Positions 28,201-33,524 of a stretch of DNA of 33,524 bases are shown here, in pieces. A program made the position numbers and the translations under genes. The number at the start of each line of letters is the position of its first letter. Position 1 is the first letter of the stretch. Under the pieces are notes generated by a model. It had not been told where the DNA came from. It did not search any database and was given only the letters and a program-made list of their open reading frames with translations. The DNA comes from a virus (lineage: Duplodnaviria > Caudoviricetes): positions 1 through 33,524 of the IMG/VR virus record IMGVR_UViG_3300037631_004214, one strand, 5' to 3'.

Positions 28201-30542
28201 TAAGAACTCAATACATAGAAGATGGTACTAATATAGCATTTGATTTTGCATCTTTAACCTCAGCAGCACTTAACCAGGATTTTACAGCATCAGATACTGA
28301 ATTTACAATAAATAATAACTCAGGTTCTATAACCATACTAGGTATTGGGGATATGCTTACAGAGGGAGCAGAAGTAATAACTGCATATTTAAAAGATTAC
28401 ACAGGAGGAGTTGGAAATAATTTATATGATTCAAATGGTAATTTAATAACTAATAAATCAACTCATAACCCTTTTGATGATACAATCTCATTAAATATTT
28501 TTGATACAAGTAAAAGATACATAGGCTTAAGTCCCTCTCAAGGATCTGTAGCAGAAGGGCAATCAGTTACTTTTACATTACTAAGTCAAGGAGTTCCAAA
28601 TGGTACAGAAGTTTTATTTAATATTGAATCAGGATCATCTGGTCAAGTTGATGCAAATGATTTTACTTTATCTTCGGATAGATTTGTAATGAACAACAAT
28701 ACAGGTTCAGTAGATATTTCTATCAATACAGATGCTCTTGCTGAATCTAATGAGACATTAGGATTGCAGTTAGAACTATATGATTCGGAGAATAAGCTTA
28801 CAGGTCAACTTTATAATCTTGTTACAGTACAAAATACAGATACAGATGCACCTACTATTACGATAACAGGCAATAATCCACATACACATGAAGTTAAAGG
28901 TACCTACACTGATGCAGGAGCTACAGCAAGTGATACAGTTGATGGGAATCTTACTACTTCTATAGTTGTTACAAATAATGTTAATGATCAAGTATCAGGT
29001 TCATACACAGTTGTCTACGATGTAAGTGATTCTGCAGGTAATACAGCACAAGCAACTCGAACAGTAAACGTAGTTGATACATCACCACCGGTGATAACTC
29101 TAATAGGTACTTCATCTATTCAAGTATACCAAGGACAGACTTACACCGATGCAGGAGCAACAGCACAAGATGCATATGAAGGAAATATCACTTCAGATAT
29201 AGTAACAACAAATCCAGTAAATACATCTAATTTAGGAACTTACCTGGTAAGGTATAATGTTGATGATGCATCTGGTAATTCAGCTACAGAAGTAACTAGA
29301 ACAGTAAACGTAGTTGTTAATAACATACCAATCATAAGTGGAAATCAACAAGACTATACAATAGAAGTTGGGAGCACTTTTGGTAGTGCAGAAGCATTAG
29401 AAGGTGTTTCAGCATCAGATACAGAAGATGGAAATATAACAGCAGACATAGTACTTACTAACCCAGTAAATACAGCAGTAGTTGGTACTTATACAGTTAG
29501 GTATAATGTTGATGACTCATCAGGAAATTCAGCAGTAGAGAAAACTACTACGGTATATGTTGTGGATACCACTGCACCTGTCATTACTATGGTAGGTTCT
29601 TCATCTATAGACATAAATGTAGGTGCTACATATACCGATGCAGGAGCAACCGCATTAGATAATTATGACGGTAATATTACTGGAAACATAACCACAACAA
29701 ACAGTGTTAATACATCTATAGCAGGGTCCTACACAGTTAAATATAACGTATCTGACTCAGAAGGTAATGCAGCAACCGAAGTTGTAAGAACAGTAAACGT
29801 AATTGCCGGACCAAGAGAGTTTAGTTATGGGTTATCTAACTATAGAATAGATTTTGAGTTTATAGCTTCAGAAAATGACGGTAATGACAGATATCATACT
29901 GTAGAAAAAGATTCCATTTCCGGTCAAGGAACATACAGTCCTAACATCGGAGGTGATGAGACTTGGTCTCCAGTTAATCCAGTAGAGAACACTAGACATC
30001 AAGGCCTGCATAACATTAAAAAGGAATCTAATAAAGGTGTATTTGATGGGTATTATACTTGGCATCAACTATCAGGAAGTAAAGGTGGTGAGGAAGGACG
30101 TAATAACGATTTAACCGGAGGAGCTAGATCAAAAGATTTAGCACACTCTATTACATATAGTTCTGATATAGATAACAACCCAGGTGGTGTATATAGCTTC
30201 GACTACCAATCTACAACAAAATTAGACATAACAGTGTCTTATGAAGTAGATACAACTGCTAGTTTAGATATAGTATTTGGAGTAGCAATATGGAATGAGA
30301 ATTCATCAGGGTACCCTCCAGAAGAACTAACTAATCAATGGACCATTTATAAAAGTTATGGAAATTATTTAAATGCTCAAGGCGTTGAAACATCAACACC
30401 CGGTAGTTATGCGGTAAGTGGTATTGGAGATGAAGTAGCTGTATTCGGAACTAATAGTCCAAAGATTTGGGTTAAACCTGTAGTAGGATTTTTCGATCCA
30501 TCAGGAAGCGCCGGAGGAGAAGGCGGCGGAGATCCAACATAA
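25257..30542 (+). CDS. Large multi-domain Ig-like protein (cadherin-like, Calx-beta-like and DUF5011/HYR-like repeats), putative virion surface adhesin
   Basis: Cadherin motifs DIDGD, LDYET and D.EGD; Calx-beta-like VAEGQSVTFTL..DALAESNETL; four DTxxPVITxxG...YTDAGATA.D..DGN-type repeats. Confidence 0.85.
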   Translation: MKTVKIKNRSIAADISILKVYHTFLDNSNLLTTEASASGVFTGKDLFNGIEFQVDDDVDQFVIENLEPAGCVGDECNVCTNIGSGSISGEFSSSNFSYFIQPGRFGTVEYNGQYNRLISSSDDINTTLFTHNHSVYGSVELTVTPSGSFEFEGWYDNVDRVGTALSNNSTVVITQDTIDGLDIHSNNWYVKYENNDPLFKLNAIDGENITTFTTSLNENSTPHELAKFYFSDIDGDALTVSLSPDAGGHFSLTTNSNYISLQQVTSSLDYETKTVYNMSVSVSDSETTTLLPITVNVIDNLQPNVVNQTMPNFGENNPDGFSAGNIATTDPEGDTVTLYNITLHAIKLSGKSISASLYSGSGFSDPTPDAFDISPSGAITKKSGAFLNHRLINEYVYKVFADDDYNDGTASALITIPVIPDAQTVTVTGDGDNDVYVVETALSGSSVYDDISGTSGSIATFTANIPVTWSVDVPHKVSINNSGELSVSSDINNNYNVGDTFSVLVTGTSSIGRTHDIVITVNITQDQSPATITGLGTSSFAYVIESAVEDDSVYLSSNGYSGTALKFESDQTPITWSITPTSKLEIDSSGFVTLGSDLSGSAFFHPQTIASQVVATNQFDVTSSLDFTLQITENTAPDIIFNNHVSSFDTNYAIANRRLVTASFNDVEGDSINHGSFTFTDTSGQLDYVKAGDVYYIYALNPLSASAYSFDIGIADEHGFSRNEETHTINVGFAQNYPPTITYNNHTVNLFSNLAVSGATLVTASISDTEGDPINYSSFTLIDPSGELNAVQDSRSGYEDIFYIQANQNLTSLDYEFTASVADNHAFGTSDHSFTLQGSSTGTLRNNSVFIVETGLTGLGYEATKGFGSGASASLDVIYSPNVGGQVVQAYTSTNPAVLVDSLGNLTLGVDMSTTTSGSGDTYTSDITFTDQYGNVGTGVVDVEVTYPNSGSYISYYGVQPSNGKASGLDETGGNGTGSLEIRTQYIEDGTNIAFDFASLTSAALNQDFTASDTEFTINNNSGSITILGIGDMLTEGAEVITAYLKDYTGGVGNNLYDSNGNLITNKSTHNPFDDTISLNIFDTSKRYIGLSPSQGSVAEGQSVTFTLLSQGVPNGTEVLFNIESGSSGQVDANDFTLSSDRFVMNNNTGSVDISINTDALAESNETLGLQLELYDSENKLTGQLYNLVTVQNTDTDAPTITITGNNPHTHEVKGTYTDAGATASDTVDGNLTTSIVVTNNVNDQVSGSYTVVYDVSDSAGNTAQATRTVNVVDTSPPVITLIGTSSIQVYQGQTYTDAGATAQDAYEGNITSDIVTTNPVNTSNLGTYLVRYNVDDASGNSATEVTRTVNVVVNNIPIISGNQQDYTIEVGSTFGSAEALEGVSASDTEDGNITADIVLTNPVNTAVVGTYTVRYNVDDSSGNSAVEKTTTVYVVDTTAPVITMVGSSSIDINVGATYTDAGATALDNYDGNITGNITTTNSVNTSIAGSYTVKYNVSDSEGNAATEVVRTVNVIAGPREFSYGLSNYRIDFEFIASENDGNDRYHTVEKDSISGQGTYSPNIGGDETWSPVNPVENTRHQGLHNIKKESNKGVFDGYYTWHQLSGSKGGEEGRNNDLTGGARSKDLAHSITYSSDIDNNPGGVYSFDYQSTTKLDITVSYEVDTTASLDIVFGVAIWNENSSGYPPEELTNQWTIYKSYGNYLNAQGVETSTPGSYAVSGIGDEVAVFGTNSPKIWVKPVVGFFDPSGSAGGEGGGDPT
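28838..29810 (+). repeat. Four tandem ~80-aa DUF5011-type Ig repeats
   Basis: Units begin DTDAPTITITG, DTSPPVITLIG, NNIPIISG and DTTAPVITMVG and end in Y.V.D..GN.A...RTVNV-like motifs. Confidence 0.85.
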
Positions 30543-30555
30543 AATTTTATAAAGT

Positions 30556-30587
30556 AGTTGGTAATATAATATTTTATTCGTATATTA
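30556..30587 (+). promoter_or_regulatory. Class A promoter AGTTG-N20-TATATTA
   Basis: TTG at 30558-30560 and TATATTA at 30581-30587. Confidence 0.7.
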
Positions 30588-30603
30588 TAATAAAGAATAA
30601 GAT

Positions 30604-30738
30604 ATGTCTAAAACATCTAACAAAAGCCGTTATCAGCAACTTATGGAATGGCTACCGACTTTAAAAAAAAATACAGCTAAAAAAAGAAGTGCTAAATTTT
30701 CTAAAGCTAATCACTATAAATCTAAAGGAGTAAAATGA
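30604..30738 (+). CDS. Small basic 44-aa protein, absent from the ORF track
   Basis: MSKTSNKSRYQQLMEWLPTLKKNTAKKRSAKFSKANHYKSKGVK*; directly after a class A promoter and coupled to thioredoxin by an ATGA overlap. Confidence 0.7.
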   Translation: MSKTSNKSRYQQLMEWLPTLKKNTAKKRSAKFSKANHYKSKGVK

Positions 30739-30992
30739 CAAAAGCAATTAAGTTTTACGCTTCCTGGTGCGGTCCATGCAAGATATATGGAAAAACCTGG
30801 AGTAAGGTATCTGAAGAATTAAATAGTAATGCTGAATTTATTGAAGTCGATATAGATAAAGATACAGAAGGACTTGCTGCAAAATATAGAGTACAATCGA
30901 TACCTACTACTATAATACTAAAAGAAGAGAAGATTATTAAAGAAGTTGGATTAGTAAATGAACCAAAATTAAAAGAACTAATATTAAATTAA
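30735..30992 (+). CDS. trxA: Thioredoxin
   Basis: FYASWCGPCK active site and cis-Pro motif VQSIPT. Confidence 0.93.
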   Translation: MTKAIKFYASWCGPCKIYGKTWSKVSEELNSNAEFIEVDIDKDTEGLAAKYRVQSIPTTIILKEEKIIKEVGLVNEPKLKELILN

Positions 30993-30996
30993 AGTT

Positions 30997-31293
30997 ATGT
31001 TAAGAAAACCAGATTCAATCCCAAGCTCAGATACGATAATTACAGACCCTGCATTAGAACCGTTTTTTATATCTCGTTCGAATACTGGAGGGTATACATT
31101 ATTTGAAAGAGTAGTAAAAGGTGAAAATGATACAGAGTATATTAAAACTATCTGTTATCCTTCTAATTTTACTAATGCTTTAAAAAAGGCAGCAGAAGAA
31201 TTATTAAATACTAATAGAGAGTTTACATCTATTAAAGAGTATGTCGAAGAGTTTAAAACTATTCAGACAAAGATAACTTCAATAATGGAATAA
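30997..31293 (+). CDS. Hypothetical protein
   Basis: 98-aa ORF in the same operon with tight spacing. Confidence 0.75.
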   Translation: MLRKPDSIPSSDTIITDPALEPFFISRSNTGGYTLFERVVKGENDTEYIKTICYPSNFTNALKKAAEELLNTNREFTSIKEYVEEFKTIQTKITSIME

Positions 31294-31346
31294 TAAAAGC
31301 GTTAGCCTATACGCAAAATACCTGGCAAAAATTAAATAAGTAAATT

Positions 31347-32192
31347 ATGGCACATTGTGTAGTAAGTTTAAGTGGTGGAATGGATAGTAGCACCCTATTG
31401 TTAAGAGCTATCGAAAAGTATGATTCTGTAACAGCTATATCTTTTGATTATGGTCAAAAACATAGAGTAGAGCTTGAAAGAGCTCAACAATTAGTTGATT
31501 ATATCAATGAAAATTGCCCAGCAGATGAAAATTGTTTTAATGGATGTACAGTTAATTACCGTCAAATTAAATTAGATGGATTAGTAGATTTACTAGATTC
31601 AGCTTTAGTAGAAGGTGGAGATGATGTACCAGAAGGGCATTATGAGCAAGAGAATATGAAAGAAACTGTTGTACCTAACAGAAATAAAATGTTTGCTTCT
31701 ATTACTCAAGCAGTAGCATTATCTGTAGCAAATAAAACAGAAGATGTTTGTGATATTGCTTTAGGTATTCATGCTGGTGATCATGCCGTTTATCCTGATT
31801 GTAGACAAGAATTTAGAGATGCAGATGATGCAGCTTTTAGAATGGGTAATTGGGATGCTGATAGAGTAGGTTACTTTACTCCTTATTTAGATACTGATAA
31901 GTTTGGTATATTACAAGATGGAGAAAAGTTATGTGAAGTATTAGGTATTGATTTTGATGAAGTTTATAGAAGAACAAATACTTCTTATAAACCAATTAAA
32001 GTTTATAGTAGACCAGAAACTAATGCATGGGAATGGTATAGCGACTATAAATCAGCTTCATCAGTAGAACGTATTGAGGCATTTATTAAGTTAGGAAGAC
32101 CTGATCCTGTAGGATATGCAGACGAAACTGGAGTAGTTGGATACGAAATTGCTAGAAAACATGTTGAAAACGTACTTGCTGACTATGTATAG
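31347..32192 (+). CDS. queC: 7-cyano-7-deazaguanine synthase QueC, variant lacking the zinc-binding cysteines
   Basis: PP-loop SLSGGMDSST, FDYGQKH..E, VPNRN and GDHAVYPDCRQEF. Confidence 0.92.
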   Translation: MAHCVVSLSGGMDSSTLLLRAIEKYDSVTAISFDYGQKHRVELERAQQLVDYINENCPADENCFNGCTVNYRQIKLDGLVDLLDSALVEGGDDVPEGHYEQENMKETVVPNRNKMFASITQAVALSVANKTEDVCDIALGIHAGDHAVYPDCRQEFRDADDAAFRMGNWDADRVGYFTPYLDTDKFGILQDGEKLCEVLGIDFDEVYRRTNTSYKPIKVYSRPETNAWEWYSDYKSASSVERIEAFIKLGRPDPVGYADETGVVGYEIARKHVENVLADYV

Positions 32193-32218
32193 ATTAATGT
32201 TTAACAAATAAGTCAGTA

Positions 32219-32362
32219 ATGCAATCACAGGATTCAAACAATGGAAACACCCAACTAAACTCTGAAAGAGCAAAAGTAAACCAGAGAGTAAGTAGATACT
32301 CTCTTATGGGTAAATCTAGAAAAGTTTATTGGGACGGAGTAAGAAGAAACCGCACCATTTAA
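32219..32362 (+). CDS. Small basic 47-aa protein, absent from the ORF track
   Basis: MQSQDSNNGNTQLNSERAKVNQRVSRYSLMGKSRKVYWDGVRRNRTI*; fills the gap between queC and the tRNA locus. Confidence 0.55.
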   Translation: MQSQDSNNGNTQLNSERAKVNQRVSRYSLMGKSRKVYWDGVRRNRTI

Positions 32363-32368
32363 ACCAAG

Positions 32369-32479
32369 TGCCGAGTACCTCAGTAGGTAGAGGGTTCTGA
32401 CTTAACCTTATGCATAATAATTCGATCGTTAAAAGCTAAAGGGTCAGAAAAGTCGGGGGTTCGAGTCCCCTCTCGGTTA
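32369..32479 (+). ncRNA. tRNA-like RNA with an ~36-38 nt insertion in the anticodon arm
   Basis: Acceptor (T)GCCGAG/CTCGGT(T), T8-A9, D arm CCTC-AGTAGGTA-GAGG, stem TTCTGAC/GTCAGAA enclosing 41 nt, variable loop AAGTC and T arm GGGGG-TTCGAGT-CCCCT. Confidence 0.8.
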
Positions 32480-32484
32480 ACTAA

Positions 32485-32558
32485 GGGGAATTAGCTCAGC
32501 TGGCTAGAGCGCCTGCCTTGCACGCAGGAGGTCATCGGTTCGACTCCGATATTCTCCA
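32485..32558 (+). tRNA. trnA: tRNA-Ala(UGC), CCA not encoded
   Basis: Full cloverleaf with GGGGAAT/ATTCTCC acceptor and G3-U70, anticodon arm CCTGC-CT-TGC-AC-GCAGG and T loop TTCGACT. Confidence 0.97.
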
Positions 32559-32605
32559 CTAAATTTTACTGATTAATAAATCACTACTAAATCAGATTAT
32601 TTAGC

Positions 32606-32612
32606 TATTTAT
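32606..32612 (+). promoter_or_regulatory. Class B TATTTAT motif
   Basis: 17 nt upstream of the ATG at 32630. Confidence 0.55.
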
Positions 32613-32629
32613 ACAATATAAGTGTATAC

Positions 32630-33524
32630 ATGGCAGATTTCACCAGCAATAAGATTAATAAGACTTATCAACGGATCGTCCAAGTTGATAATGCAACATT
32701 ACAAGACGGATACGGAAGAATCTTATCAGGTTCTATGGCCGATCTTACAGTTAATGGCGTTCTTCAAGTAACAGGAAGTTTAAACGTAGATGGACCAGTA
32801 ACAGCTAGAAGATTTATAGCAACACAGGTTACATCCTCTATAATATATGAATCCGGTTCTACTAAGTACGGTGATACTCAAGACGATAACCACACATTTA
32901 CAGGTAGTGTTTTAATCTCTGGTAGTGAAAATTTAGTAGGAGATTTAACAATAACAGGAAGTACATTTCAAGTCGGGAACACTACGCAAATAGGTAGCAT
33001 AAACCTTAGCGGGGATATTGATCAAACAGGTAATTACAGTTTAATTGGAAACATTGAACAAACCGGAAGTATAGAACTACTAGGAGATTCGGATCAAAAA
33101 GGAGATTATGATCTTGAAGGTGATTTTACACATACTGGGATTAATTCTCATGTAGGATTATATAAACATACAGGTGATACCGAACAAGTAGGGGCATTAA
33201 AACAAACCGGAGATACTGAAAAAACAGGACGTACAGACCACACTGGACGGTTCAATAATATAGGTGATTTTGATTTAATAGGTGGCTTAAGACATACAGG
33301 AAATCAAATACATGTAGGAAAAAGCACACAAGAAGGAGATTCAGCATTAATTGGGAAATCTAATATCACAGGTAGTTTAGTAACTTCAGGTTCTCTAACT
33401 TCCATTGGAGTAACAACATTATCCGGTGAAGTTGCAATTACAGGAAGTACAGACATACATATTTCCGGAAGCATTATTCAGGACGGTACTTTAATAAGAA
33501 CAGGTAGTACTTCACAAACTGGTG
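32630..33524 (+). CDS. Tail fibre/spike-like structural protein, 5' part only (runs off the window)
   Basis: Open frame MADFTSNKINKTYQRIVQVD...SSIIYESGSTKYGDTQDDNHTFTGS followed by Gly every 6 residues (GSENLV GDLTIT GSTFQV GNTTQI GSINLS GDIDQT...). Confidence 0.8.
   Translation, partial: MADFTSNKINKTYQRIVQVDNATLQDGYGRILSGSMADLTVNGVLQVTGSLNVDGPVTARRFIATQVTSSIIYESGSTKYGDTQDDNHTFTGSVLISGSENLVGDLTITGSTFQVGNTTQIGSINLSGDIDQTGNYSLIGNIEQTGSIELLGDSDQKGDYDLEGDFTHTGINSHVGLYKHTGDTEQVGALKQTGDTEKTGRTDHTGRFNNIGDFDLIGGLRHTGNQIHVGKSTQEGDSALIGKSNITGSLVTSGSLTSIGVTTLSGEVAITGSTDIHISGSIIQDGTLIRTGSTSQTG

Noticed and set aside
1443-32273. Other short minus-strand or nested alternative-frame ORFs in the track (e.g. 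3675-3896, 6115-6361, 11875-12153, 17065-17259, 19289-19827, 21389-21800, 28776-28991)
   Set aside because: They overlap well-supported + strand genes and have no recognisable motifs; all credible genes are on the + strand.
32369-32479. Canonical tmRNA or group I intron-containing tRNA-Leu(UAA)
   Set aside because: It has a paired D stem, no G3-U70 in standard register, no long variable arm, and an insert far too short for either.
1-33524. Stop-codon reassignment (prompted by a possible suppressor reading of the tRNA-like RNA)
   Set aside because: Conserved genes are full length in the standard code, and TAA, TAG and TGA all terminate genes at expected positions.
1-33524. CRISPR array, DGR, integrase or IS element
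   Set aside because: No spaced repeat arrays, reverse transcriptase, recombinase or transposase motifs seen; the repeats present are intragenic protein repeats.

Overview
A 33.5 kb, AT-rich segment of a large contractile-tailed (myovirus-type) dsDNA phage, with all credible genes on the + strand. The likely host is Bacteroidota/Flavobacteriia, inferred from A-rich starts without Shine-Dalgarno motifs, a TTG-N20-TATATTA promoter resembling the Bacteroidota -33/-7 layout, and a Flavobacteria-like tRNA-Ala. Gene order: (1) two glycosyltransferase-like genes and small ORFs; (2) tail module with sheath, tube, a chaperone/hub-assembly ORF pair probably joined by a +1 frameshift, tape measure, and baseplate genes; (3) replication module with a compact divergent family-A polymerase, SSB, RecA/UvsX, 5'-3' exonuclease, DnaB, NrdB and NrdA; (4) a 1761-aa cadherin/Ig-like adhesin, thioredoxin and QueC; (5) a tRNA-like RNA with a large anticodon-arm insertion next to a normal tRNA-Ala(UGC); (6) the start of a tail-fibre-like gene. 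The most notable observations are the tRNA-like RNA, the PolA lacking its steric gate and most of its thumb, the +1 slippery site, a QueC without zinc-binding cysteines preceded by a small candidate pseudoknot, and two distinct promoter classes. All family calls come from motif recognition by eye; no database searches were run.
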